This document shows positions 25,425 to 37,059 of a stretch of 64,000 nt of DNA, piece by piece. The DNA comes from Lytechinus pictus (lineage: Eukaryota). Location of the stretch: NCBI RefSeq assembly GCF_037042905.1, contig NC_087252.1, forward strand, positions 248,001-312,000, given 5' to 3'. How positions within the stretch are numbered: position 1 is the first letter of the stretch; every line of letters begins with the position of its first letter. Position numbers and translations under genes: made by a program. The notes beneath the pieces are model-generated. The model was not told the origin of the DNA. It did no database searches and saw nothing but the letters and a program-made list of their open reading frames with translations.

Positions 25425-26508
25425 TAATTGAAGAGCTCATTTGCAAAAGGGGTTAGATTCGAATTTTAATCAAATTTTATTTTGCTGTCCGAATGTATAG
25501 CTTGGCTCTATAAAATAAAAAAGTTGAAATTTATTAAAAAGTGAACAAACATGGCAAAGAAAAATCCTCTTTTTTCAAAAGGGGTTAGATCCATTTCAGT
25601 TTGTTTGCAAAAGAGGCTAAATCAAAATGTATTTTTTTATAGAAATCTTTTTGAAAATATGAAGACAGGCAGATTTTTATAACAAATGTTATGTTTACAT
25701 GGCAGGGTATTATGAAAATCTAGTTTTACATGAGAATATTGAAATATGGGAGAACTTTAAAAAAAGATTTTTTAGAATGGTTTTGCAAACAAACTCTTCT
25801 GAAGAGCATGTATGCAAAAGAGGTCGATCCATTTTTGTAAATTTGATTATTTTGTTGTTTTCTCAATGTATATATTTTAAGTCGCTCTGATGATATCAAA
25901 GAAAAGTTTAAATTCCCATTAAAAAGTGAATAAATAAAATAACTTTTTTCTTAAGAAAGGGCTGAATAGTGGCGTACCTAGGATTTTCCAAAGGAGGGGG
26001 GGGGGGCAAAACCGTCCGCCAAAAAATTTGACCAAAAAAAAAAAAAAAGTCTTCAAGCTCGTCAGGGGGGGGGGGGCAATAAAGGTCTTCAAGTCTGTCA
26101 GGGGGGGGGGCAAAAAGGTCTTTCAAGCTCGTCAGGGGGAGGGGGCAGGGATACGTCTTTTGTATGGGTTGTGGCTCGTCAGGGGGGGGCATAGACTGCC
26201 CCCCTGCCCCCCCCCCCCGTAGGTACGCTAGTGGGGCTGAACCATTTTCAGTTTTGTAAAAGGGGCTAGAATGATCTACAGTGGTAATTTTTTCAAATAA
26301 AATATTTAAAAGATATGAAGAAAAGTAGATTTCTTTTATGTCTAATTTTATGTTCACATGGTAGGGTAGTATAATCATGACAATTTGGTTTCGCATATAA
26401 GAACCAGCTAAAAATTTTGCAATATGGGAAAATAAAAAATTAAGCTTGATTTTCTCGGATGATGGTCTAAGGTAGATCTAACCCCTTTTGTAACAAACAC
26501 TTCAATTG
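25425..26508. mobile_element. MITE with TIR AATTGAAG...CAAAAGGGGTTAGAT and internal copies of this motif
   Basis: Left AATTGAAGAGCTCATTTGCAAAAGGGGTTAGAT pairs with right ATCTAACCCCTTTTGTAACAAACACTTCAATT. Confidence 0.65.
25967..26233. mobile_element. hAT-type MITE (same family as 4309-4508)
   Basis: 8-bp TSD GGGCTGAA. Ends TAGTGGCGTACCTA / TAGGTACGCTAGTG. Confidence 0.85.
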
Positions 26509-27994
26509 TAGGGCGAATTTTCGCCTACGTTTTTAACAATAACCGAAAATGCCTGGAAATGGCTTATTTTTAGTTCCAATAATCGATGCTCATTAAAACG
26601 AGCATAGCATTTTTCAAATAAAATGCACACAAATTGCACAAACAACGTGTAAAAGTCACCTATTTGCCGGTGAGACTAGAGAAAAAGAATGGACGTTCCT
26701 GACGTGAAATTTCATTGACCAGGACATGTTCCTCTGAATCCTCTCTCTTAATTTACTGTCCCCCTACCCCCCCCCCAAAAAAAACCCGACTCCGCCCCCC
26801 TCTTAAAAGTTCACGAACAAAGAAAGAGAGATTCGCCCCCTTTATGCAGCGCCATCTCACGACCAGATTATCTCATTATAATGGAAACACCTTTGGCTTT
26901 GTGGAAATGTTTGCAAAAAAATAATCAGCTGAAAGTATTTTTTGCTGAACATTGTCATTGTCGATTACTCATCATCGATCATGGCCGAGATGGGGGTGCC
27001 TGGCCGTCTTGCTTTTTCGCCAACTAGAAAAAAAACTTCAGCCAGAATGGAGTATCAAGATGAACAACAAAATTCTTTCGTTAGACGGGACTCGATCGTC
27101 ACGGCAGCCAGCATCACCGGGGACGACTCCGGCCAACAAGGCACCTATTGCGAATGGATTAATGTTCAATTTAGAATAAGAATTGTTACTCTCTTGCGAT
27201 GGCGATCACTCGCACAAAACCTTGGTTTTAAGGGAGATGATCAAATGGCTTCATATCTGTTAAATATGTAAGTTAATAAAATGTATTTTGGCCTTTTTTG
27301 GGCAGGGCCAGGCAGGGTTGGCAAAAAAAAAAAAAAATGCTAGATCGACGGACTAGTCGGTACAGTACCGTAAGTCCGTATGTATTCGCTAAAAAAGGGA
27401 AACGCTTTCATGTTTGATACTTTTGTCTTGATTTAAATAAAACATCTGTTCGTTTTACAAAAAAAGCGTAATTCCGGTAATCGGTATATGAAAACATGTC
27501 ACTGCGTAACAGTACACTCTACAGAGAGACTAAATTGATTGTGTTGAAACTTTTAATTTGAATCATGTTGATGGGATTTTGAATGATTTTTATTTTCAAA
27601 ATGGAAGAAAGAAAATGAAAATGAACATGACCGAGAGAATGATTGTTTCTTTTTTAGATTGCCCATCCGTCATGTCCATTTCCTGAAAAGTGTCTGCCAG
27701 ATGTGCTTATACATGACAAAAGTTTTTCAGGGATTATAAAAATATCCCTTAGCTTATGTCTCCAATGAGGACGAAGGGAGGGGGGGGGGGGGCTTGTTGA
27801 CGTCGTGTTATATAGGTCTATATATATATAAATATATATTATATATATTTTTTTTGGGGGGAAGGGCTTTGCCATGAATACCAGTGCAGCTGCAGTGGTA
27901 AGAGGTACCTGACCTGGGACCCATTTCTTAGAACTTGTTATTTGCAATAACAGTTAAAAGGTACTGCAACCCTTCTATCTGATTAGCTGATGGT

Positions 27995-28756
27995 AAATTT
28001 GTTTTAGAAATCATACAAGAATTACCAGGCCTGGTTGAGATGAGCAGGAGACAAATTTGTTTTAGAAATCATACAAGAATTACCAGGCCTGGTTGAGATG
28101 AGCAGGAGACAAATTTGTTTTAGAAATCATACAAGAATTACCAGGCCTGGTTGAGATGAGCAGGAGACAAATTTGTTTTAGAAATCATACAAGAATTACC
28201 AGGCCTGGTTGAGATGAGCAGGAGACAAATTTGTTTTAGAAATCATACAAGAATTACCAGGCCTGGTTGAGATGAGCAGGAGACAAATTTGTTTTAGAAA
28301 TCATACAAGAATTACCAGGCCTGGTTGAGATGAGCAGGAGACAAATTTGTTTTAGAAATCATACAAGAATTACCAGGCCTGGTTGAGATGAGCAGGAGAC
28401 AAATTTGTTTTAGAAATCATACAAGAATTACCAGGCCTGGTTGAGATGAGCAGGAGACAAATTTGTTTTAGAAATCATACAAGAATTACCAGGCCTGGTT
28501 GAGATGAGCAGGAGACAAATTTGTTTTAGAAATCATACAAGAATTACCAGGCCTGGTTGAGATGAGCAGGAGACAAATTTGTTTTAGAAATCATACAAGA
28601 ATTACCAGGCCTGGTTGAGATGAGCAGGAGACAAATTTGTTTTAGAAATCATACAAGAATTACCAGGCCTGGTTGAGATGAGCAGGAGACAAATTTGTTT
28701 TAGAAATCATACAAGAATTACCAGGCCTGGTTGAGATGAGCAGGAGACAAATTTGT
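27995..28756. repeat. 58-bp minisatellite, 13 apparently identical copies plus 8 bp
   Basis: Unit AAATTTGTTTTAGAAATCATACAAGAATTACCAGGCCTGGTTGAGATGAGCAGGAGAC. 754 bp = 13 x 58. Confidence 0.95.
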
Positions 28757-28975
28757 GCTGGTGTAAAAAATAGGACTTTATTTTTTTCATTATTTTTTTG
28801 TATTATTTTGATTGGCAGATATCCTACATACCAAGTTGAAGTCCACTCCCCACAAAATAAATTAGATGATTAAAACATAAATTAAGCAATTCAGCATGGA
28901 CGTGCCATCAAGCAACATTCTGCTCACTCAACTATTCAGATACATATGTATTTTTGTATTTTTATTTTATTTCAG

Positions 28976-29023
28976 GTACTATGAGCAAAATGTAGGATCA
29001 ACGTCTCGACAACGAAAGAGAGA
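28976..29023 (+). CDS. gene 2 candidate 48-nt phase 2-2 exon (YYEQNVGSTSRQRKR)
   Basis: Strong acceptor ttttattttatttcag and donor gtaagt. Joins in frame to 31069. The start codon of gene 2 was not located. Confidence 0.5.
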
Positions 29024-29294
29024 GTAAGTGTTAATATGTTCCAGTAATCAGTCATTACATTAGAAATATAATGAATTATACTTCATGTTGTACTCTTTCA
29101 GATGCAAACATTTCAGTAGCTATATACAATAAATAATAGTTGTGAGTGAAAATTGCTATTTATTTCATGAAAGTCTGTCCTGAATCAGAGATATATTCTC
29201 CACATGTGATCTTTGAAGATTAGCTGAACATTGTAATGGAAAATTAATAAAACAGAATCTTGAATATGGCATGTGCTGATAATACATGTAGACA

Positions 29295-29793
29295 CAGTGG
29301 CGGACCATGACCCGGATGAGGCAAAGCATTGGAGGGGCACAGCATTGTTCACAAACAATACAGTGCCCCATCCAATCATTGGCCAGAATTCACAAAGGTG
29401 GTTTTGAAAACCGACGGTTGAGTCCATGGTTTATGCAGATTTCCTGTAAAAATTACGCTTAATTTACCGCGTATCAGGTGCGTGTTTAAAAAATTGGCCA
29501 ATTCCGATGTGCGCTTTTGTCACAGTGCGCCGAATTGACGAGTGGACTCATGAATAAAAACAGTGGACTCATGAATAAAATAGCGTATCTAACCATTGTA
29601 ACAGGCGTCAATTCGGCGCACTGTGACAAAAGCGCACATCGGAATTGGCCAATTTTTTAAACACGCACCTGATACGCGGTAAATTAAGCATAATTTTTAC
29701 AGGAAATCTGCATAAACCATGGACTCAACCGTCGGTTTCCAAAACCACCTTTGTGAATTCTGGCCAATGTCTCCTGGTCACGGTCCGCCACTG
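29295..29793. mobile_element. hAT-type MITE containing a nested foldback element
   Basis: 8-bp TSD TGTAGACA and TIR CAGTGGCGGACC. Confidence 0.85.
29381..29765. mobile_element. palindromic Harbinger-like MITE
   Basis: GGCCAGAATTCACAAAGGTGG... arms inverted over about 170 bp. Confidence 0.8.
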
Positions 29794-30390
29794 TGTAGAC
29801 AGACATGTACATGTAGTTGTATACCTTTGGAGCTTTGGTACAATTTAACTCTTCCAGTGTTTTCTGTGCATTATTGCACAACCAAGCATTTCCCTATTGA
29901 CGCCCTTTGCGCCAGTAATTTGTAGCTTTGGGAGGCTTGTTTTGTTTTGGATGTTTCAAAACCACTTGGTGGGACTCCGCTAGGAGATTATCTACCTCCT
30001 CTATGTAAAAAAAGAGAAAAATAAATCCTTCAGCAGACCTTGGAAGTTTATTGAAAAAAAGGAGAGGAAAGAATCAATAAAATTCTCCTCACAAACAATA
30101 TCATGGTCAGGTTCATTGTTAGGACTCATGGCACCTACATAAAAGAGTTGCCTTTTTCTTTGACTAGTTGAAGATATTCCTTTATTCACCGAAGTATGTT
30201 TTTTTCAGATTATCAATATTATAATCCATTGTGTGATGAAATGCCCAGGTGAATACTAAAAAGAATCATGCCACTGACCCGAGAACCAAAATGAAGGGCT
30301 ACACTTAGTTGTGACAAATGATTTGTAATGCCTTATTACATTGGTAATGCAATAAATTCATAATTGATAAGAAACCAGATCAAACACTAC

Positions 30391-30797
30391 GACCCAAATT
30401 CACAAAGGTGGTTTTAAAAACGCACGGTTGAGTCCATGGTTTATGCAGATTTCCTGTATAAATTACACTAAATTTAACGCGTATCGGGCGCGTGTATAAA
30501 ACATGTCCAATGCTGATGCGCGCTTTTGTCACAGTGCGCCAAATTGACGCCTGTTACCATGGTTAGATACGCTATTTTATTCATGAGTCCACTGTTCAAA
30601 GAGTGGACTCATGAATAAAATAGCGTTGATAACCACGGCAACAGGCGTCAATTTGGCGCACTGTGACAAAAGCGCGCAACCGGATTTTTTATACACGCAC
30701 CTGATACGCACTAAATTAAGCGTTATTTATACAGGAAATCTGCATAAACTGTGGACTCAACCGTGGGTTTTCAAAACCACCTTTGTGAATTCGGGCC
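30391..30797. mobile_element. palindromic Harbinger-like MITE (same family as 29381-29765)
   Basis: Near end-to-end inverted repeat with 3-bp direct flank TAC. Confidence 0.8.
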
Positions 30798-31068
30798 TAC
30801 AAGTTAGCTTTAAATAAATTCCTTTCTAAATGTTCAGATGAAAGTTAAATTGTCTAAATAAGAGAGCGTATTATACCATGTCACATAGAAGGGTTCTCTA
30901 CTAAAACAAATGCAACACGGAGGGTATACGGTTCAACACACAAAGAGTTAAACAAATAAGTGTTGATTGGTTTCTTGTGTTAGAGGTAATTCTATCGCAT
31001 CTGATTTTGAAGATTACACACCAAAATAACCCTGCCTTATTTCTCCTTTATCTGCTAATCTCTGACAG

Positions 31069-32270
31069 AACACCTCAGAGGTCTGGAAAAGTGAAAGAAA
31101 CAGTAGCTACTTCATTACACCAAGCTAACGTGGACAGGAGGGATGTCATAGAGTCGGAAGCATTGTCAATACAGAGTCAGAAAGGAGAAAGAATGCACGT
31201 AGAATACCTTGATTCCATGCAGGAAGGAGAAGGTCCAGCTCCAAGGGATGGATGGACTGATGATGGTGGTGATAGTCACGGTGATGCGGTCAGTAGCAAG
31301 GAGATGGTGGCTCGATGGACTGATGATGGTGGTACCCATGGTGATGCGGTCGGTAGCAAGGAGATGGAGGCTCGATGGGCTGGTGATGGTGGTGATACCC
31401 ACGGTGATGCGGTCAGTAGCAAGGAGATGGAGGCTCGATGCACTGATGATGGTGATGATACCCACGGTGATGCGGTCAGTAGCAAGGAGATGGAGGCTCG
31501 ATGGACTGATGATGGTGATGATACCCACGGTGATGCGGTCAGTAGCAAGGAGATGGAGGCTCGATGGACTGATGATTGTGATGATTCCCACGGTGATGCG
31601 GTCGGTAGCAAGGAGATGGAGGCTCGATGGACTGATGATTGTGATGATTCCCACGGTGATGCGGTCGGTAGCAAGGAGATGGAGGCTCGATGGACTGATG
31701 ATGGTGATGATACCCACGGTGATGCGGTCGGTAGCAAGGAGATGGAGGCTCGATGGACTGATGATGGTGATGATACCCACGGTGATGCGGTCAGTAGCAA
31801 GGAGATGGAGGCTCGATGGACTGATGATACCCACGGTGATGCGGTCAGTAGCAAGGAGATGGAGGCTCGATGGACTGATGATGGTGATGATACCCACGGT
31901 GATGCGGTCAGTAGCAAGGAGATGGAGGCTCAATGGACTGATGATGGTGATGATACCCACGGTGATGCGGTCGGTAGTAAGGAGATGGCAGCTTATCCAT
32001 CAGATGGAGGAGAACTCCATTGCTTTATAAAGCAAGAACCTGAAGAAACCAATAGTGATAATGACATCACAAATAAAGATGATACTAATGGTCTCCATAG
32101 CAATGAGAAGGAGGTTCGTTCGTCAGAGGACGGGGCACTTAAGTGTGTTATTAAAGAAGAACCTGTTGATATTGGAGAAGAAGAACCTGTGGACTTTATC
32201 AAGAAAGAACCTGTCGATGATGATGAGGAAGGATCCTATCTGCATGAAGTACCTTCCTGCAGCACACAAG
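31069..32270 (+). CDS. gene 2 acidic exon with 21-aa coding repeat and IKQEP/IKEEP/IKKEP motifs
   Basis: Acceptor ctctgacag and donor CAAG|gtttgt, the same donor as gene 1. Phase 2 to 1. Part of ORF 30977..32284 and homologous to exon 16434-16996. Confidence 0.85.
31253..31990 (+). repeat. coding minisatellite, 12 x 63-bp (21 aa, WTDDGDDTHGDAVSSKEMEAR)
   Basis: Visible in DNA and in ORF 30977. The variant units of 60 and 54 bp keep the frame. Confidence 0.95.
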
Positions 32271-32515
32271 GTTTGTTCAAATAGTTTGTCTACGGTAAAA
32301 TAAAAAATATATTTTGGGGCTCTTTTTCACAACTTACACAACTGCCTAAATCTGCAACATTGGATAAACTTTAACATTTCAATGAGTGTGGATTTTCCAG
32401 GGCTCCTTTTAGAGTTTCCAGGGCACTTTGAGCATTTCGAGGGCGAAATCACCCGAGCCCCTGTGTAATTTTTTCCTTTCTGTGTTATGATTTATAAGAA
32501 CTGTACTCTGTATGT

Positions 32516-32770
32516 GGAAGTGTCATGGTGTAGTGGCTGTTACTCTCAAAATGTAGTCAGTGGGTCATGTGTTCGAATCCAACTGCGTCCTAGCATCCTT
32601 TGGCAAGGCGTCAATCCACACTTTTCCACTATCCACACAGGTGTTAAATGGGTAGAAAGCCTTTTGTATGTGGTATGTCTAGCAATTAAGTCTTGAAGTG
32701 TTGTTGGAATGCTCCCCAAGGGTGTCCAGGGTAACAACTTGCCAAGTGCGTAGAATGCAAAGTAAATAAA
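32516..32770 (+). mobile_element. tRNA-derived SINE (degenerate relative of 38681)
   Basis: ATGGTGTAGTGG...GTTCGAATCC head and TCCTTTGGCAAGGCG core. Confidence 0.65.
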
Positions 32771-33280
32771 GCGAAAATTATTATAGAGTACGAAGCAGGT
32801 CGAAAGAATGCCACCTGTCAAACGGGCTACATGTATCTTTTACATCGGGGGGATGTCATAAAGCATGACTTCAATGAACACTTGAAGATTCACTTACATT
32901 CTACCACATTGGCTAAACCCATTTTTTTCTACCTCATGCATCTACTTATTTGGTCTAATTTCTGTTTTGTCTGCACTACACTTTGTCTGATTCTCATTTA
33001 GTCTAATGTCTAGTTGCTCTGGTTTCTTTCATTTTACTTTGTCAAATGAAAATGTAGTCATTATAACTAGCCGTATAGACTTGTGATGTTCGACTTTAAT
33101 GGATATTACAGCCCAACTGGAAATTACAAAAACAGTACTATTAAAGCAAAATGGAAATTACATGTAGACCAAATGTTTAGTAGAAAAATTGGTTGAAGAA
33201 TGAGACAAAAGTAAAAGAGGTGAATCTGGGGTACAGTAGATCAATCAGCAAATTATCATTCATCCTGCTCTTCTACTCAG

Positions 33281-34419
33281 GTGGGAACTCAAGTATGCAG
33301 AGCACCTATATGAACTATGGAGATATAGAAAACCGTAGGAGATTGTCAGGTGATGCATCACATGATCAGTCACATGGTAGACATCTATTAGAGGAATTAG
33401 AAACTCTCCTTGAAAACCATTCTAAGCCATCTGCTAGGGCGAGTTGCTCAAGTGAGTATGACTCAAAACTTTTACCAAGGCAATCGGATCATCCACAAGG
33501 ACATAGTTCTGCTGACAATGATACCATATCAGATCATGATGATGGAAGATTAGATGGAGACCTTGCAGTGGGCTGTGGTGTGAAATGTGAAATAATATCA
33601 GGTGATGCATCATGTGACCAATCACATGCTCAAGGACAGACTGCGACTGACAGTGCTGCTGTGTCAGATCATAATGGTGAAAGATTGGATAAAGACATTG
33701 CAATGGGCTGTGGTGTGAAATGTGAAATAATATCAGGTGATGTATCATGTGATAGATCACATGGTCAAGGACAGAGTTCTGCTGACAGTGCTACTATGAG
33801 GGATAAAAGATCAAGTGTGAATTTTGACAGCACAACCAAACATTCTTCCCATGACTGTTCAACGAGAAACACCGAAGGCAAAGGTGAAGGAAGCACTTTC
33901 CTTTGCTCAATTTGCCAGCAAGAATTTACTAGCAGAGACAGTTGGTGGCGGCATGTGAAAATCCACTTGGACGATAGGTCTCTGACCTGTTCCATCTGCA
34001 ATGAAAGATTCCTGCAAACGACCGACCTGAAGAAACACATGGCAGTTCATTCAGGAAAAAAGCAAGATGAACGTTCAGTTGAAGATGATGCCGGTTGTAG
34101 AAGTAAAAAATGTATGGTATTCTACATACAGGGAAAGAAAGATATTGGTTCATCAATGAGCCAGGAGAGTTCAGGACAGAAAGCACGCAAAAGAAACCAC
34201 ATCATTGAAGAATACTATAAGTGTTATTACTGCGATAAGCTTTTTAGCTCTTCCCATAGTCTGCAAAGACACACAAGGTCTCATCTTGAAGAAAAGCCAT
34301 ATGAGTGCTCAGTTTGTAAGAAAACCTTTTCCGAAGATCGTCGGCTGCAAACTCACATGAAAATCCACAAGAATCGTTGGCCAAAGCTCAAAATTCGCTA
34401 TTTCTCTGACCCAACTTAA
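33281..34419 (+). CDS. gene 2 terminal exon A, 4 C2H2 fingers
   Basis: Acceptor ttctactcag|GTGGGAA, phase 1. Fingers are homologous to gene 1 fingers 1-3 (SRDSWWRHVKIH vs SRDCWWSHVKIH; EEYYKC). Confidence 0.88.
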
Positions 34420-34814
34420 GGTACTATATCAAGGTTTTTAAACAAATCTAAAAATTATCGAAAATTGATTACATGAAGGCCATTCTAGCATTACAGACAT
34501 TACATTGTACATTCAGATAATCTCTGTATTTGAAAAGGTTGATAACAGATAGAAGTATTTGTAATTCCTACATGTAGGTAAATACTTGATACTGACTTTA
34601 GGGTATACAGTATACTTCAATTTCATAATCAGTGAATTTGATAGGAGTCTGGATTCTTTTGATTTTTTCAACATTGTAGAAGATATAACAAGTGATTTAC
34701 TGTCCGTTAGAAAAATACAAGCTCTGCAGTATCAATGGCTAATTGTATTTATTTGATTTCTGAGTTTTGTTTTGTTTTGTGATATTAAAGCAGTAAAAAA
34801 CATGGGTGACCACA

Positions 34815-35251
34815 ATAGACCAGTTTGTAGTTACTTCATGGACAATTTTGGTCAAATGACCTTTCTTTTATTAAGATAGGCATATTTCAAAGCAACATAT
34901 TTCATATGCATGCCTTACTTAGCGGGATGAAGAAATTGAATAGCACATCAATGAACACTCTATGAAGGTATTTGTTGCATTTCTACTTTGAATGCATATT
35001 AGAGGTTGTTGTACAATGTACTTGGCAAACTGTGAAATATACCAGTCATTCGTGGACGCTTTGTTTTTTTGTGGATGTGAATGAAAAACACAATCAAAAG
35101 AATATATGAATAATCAAGACATCGAAGTTGGTGCTTATCTCATTAAATTTTAAACTACCATGTCACTTTAGTACAATTACAAATGACCTTCCTCTGATCA
35201 TGCGCAGAATCTTTTGATCATGCGCAGAGTGGAACTACGAACTGGCTTATT
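34815..35251. mobile_element. non-autonomous DNA element with short TIRs
   Basis: ATAGACCAGTTTGTAGTT / AACTACGAACTGGCTTAT. Related sequence at ~49390-49690. Confidence 0.45.
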
Positions 35252-35280
35252 CAAGGAATTTTATTCTGTTGATCCTTCCA

Positions 35281-35560
35281 GGGGCCTGTCTTGCAAAGAG
35301 TTGCGATTGATCAGATCAATCGCAACTATGGAAAGCCAGCAAAGTCTAAATATGAAATGCATGTTTGTTAAAAAATGTTTCTAGATATGAATGCCTATCC
35401 ATAAACTTTAAAGTCATTGATTTCCTGTCAAATTGGTGTGCTCTCCTTTGTTTACAAAAGACATTTCGCAAATTTCATGTAGAAAAAATTATGACACTGA
35501 TGGATTTCCATAGAGTTACAATTGATTGGATCAATCATAACTCTTTGTAAGACGGGGCCC
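35281..35560. mobile_element. Harbinger-like MITE
   Basis: GGGCCTGTCTTGCAAAGAGTT / AACTCTTTGTAAGACGGGGCCC. Relative at 60692-61121. Confidence 0.7.
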
Positions 35561-36695
35561 AGATGTAATCATTCTTAACTGCCTGGGAAGGATAAATAAG
35601 ATAATTGTCTTCACCATTAAGGAAGTAGGAAAGAGTGCACAGTAAAGCATAAGAAACATGTATACCATGTGAAAATTTGTTGAAATGTATGGTTTCCTAT
35701 AATAAATAGCAAAGTCAAGAGTTAGCTCACGGTCTAAGTTAAACCTGAGTTCAGAATACGAGCCTTAGTGTTCAGACATGAAGCTGATTTCAGACACATA
35801 GGTCTTGAATCTCTCTATATCTGCAAAAATGGACAGATTTTACATCTAGAAAATTACCTTAACTATTTCTGAAAACTTGTAGTCTTAATTGAAACTTGAT
35901 ATCAAATGGAAATCTGTTTTGTAAAATTCAGTGAATTTTCCTACTAAAAATAAGGAACTGTAACAGATTTTCTATTTTAATTTTTAAACTGAATATCACT
36001 GTCCCTGTCAATGGAGATAGATAGATTAAGTCTGGTAATGTTTGTTCAATTTAACTCTTTATTTCATAGATTTAAACATACAGTAATACATAGTATTATA
36101 AACAACAAAAAAAAGCAGATACAAATTGACAGATCAATATTTTAAAGAAATTATAAAATAGAGCATATGGAATTGGAAATGGAAATGAAAATGAAAAAAT
36201 TTAAATGTTTGTTTTACAGTCTTTGTCTATATTTTGTTGTTTGTTTTTAACATGCCCCCATTGCAGGTTTCTTGAGATAAATTACATACCCCAAGTTTTC
36301 CCTTGTTTTAAGATATTAGCATTCAAATTCTACTGAACAGCAAGAATAGATCAGATTTTAACTCTATATGAAGGGAATAAAATAGAGAATCTGGGATCTT
36401 TTTCATAAAACTTGTCTTAACAAATTTGATATTACAGTTAAAAGCTACTGAAATCATTTAATCTGATTGGCTGATAGTAGATTTGTTTATAGAAATTGTG
36501 TATTTGTTATTACATCAAGTCTTTATGTAACAGGCCCATGATTAATCATTAGAAGTGATCACCAGTCAGGAATGTTGAAGCACAACTTACAAACTACTTA
36601 ATGAAACATCCTGTTCTGTACACAATGTACCCTCTTCCCTTATTAACAATTTACATTTGAATATTAAATAATGTGCTTTAAAAATTGATATCTTG

Positions 36696-36990
36696 AGGAG
36701 CGTTGTGGGCTTGTGGCCCAATGGATAAGTCTTCTGACTTTGAAACAGGGTCGTGGGTTAGAATCCCAGCCATTCCCAGCGTAATTTCCTTCAGCAAGAA
36801 AGTTATCCACATTGTGCTGCACTCAACCCAGGTGAGGTGAATGGGTACCTGGCAGGATTAATTCCTTGAATTCATGAGCGCTGAAAGGCAGCTGGAGCTA
36901 AAAAGCCGGGGTAATAATAATAATAACGCACCTCGGGATAGAATATTTCTAGATAGATGGTGCTATGTAAATGCCTGTAATTATTATCTT
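36696..36990 (+). mobile_element. tRNA-derived SINE
   Basis: GTGGCCCAATGGATAAG...GGTTAGAATCCC head, conserved core and ATT-rich tail. Ends about 70 bp upstream of the exon B acceptor. Confidence 0.8.
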
Positions 36991-37059
36991 TGCAAAGATG
37001 AATAATGTATATTATGGCTGTGACTAATGTTCCATATCACCTTCTTTGTTTTTACTTAG

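Noticed and set aside
26942..27271. 109-aa ORF as first coding exon of gene 2
   Set aside because: No recognisable homology and no phase-compatible donor found. The CpG-richer 26900-27500 region may be a promoter or TE-derived, which I cannot resolve.
27995..28756. CRISPR-like regular repeat with an internal palindrome
   Set aside because: Units are contiguous and identical, with no unique spacers, no cas genes and a eukaryotic context. It is a minisatellite.
31166..32030. Alternative-frame and antisense long ORFs over the 63-bp repeat
   Set aside because: They are by-products of a stop-poor repeat. Only the 30977 frame matches splice phases and paralog homology.
37005..37059. ORF-track N-termini of the finger exons (also 17901, 30977 and 33193)
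   Set aside because: These residues translate polypyrimidine tracts upstream of the AG acceptors and are intronic.
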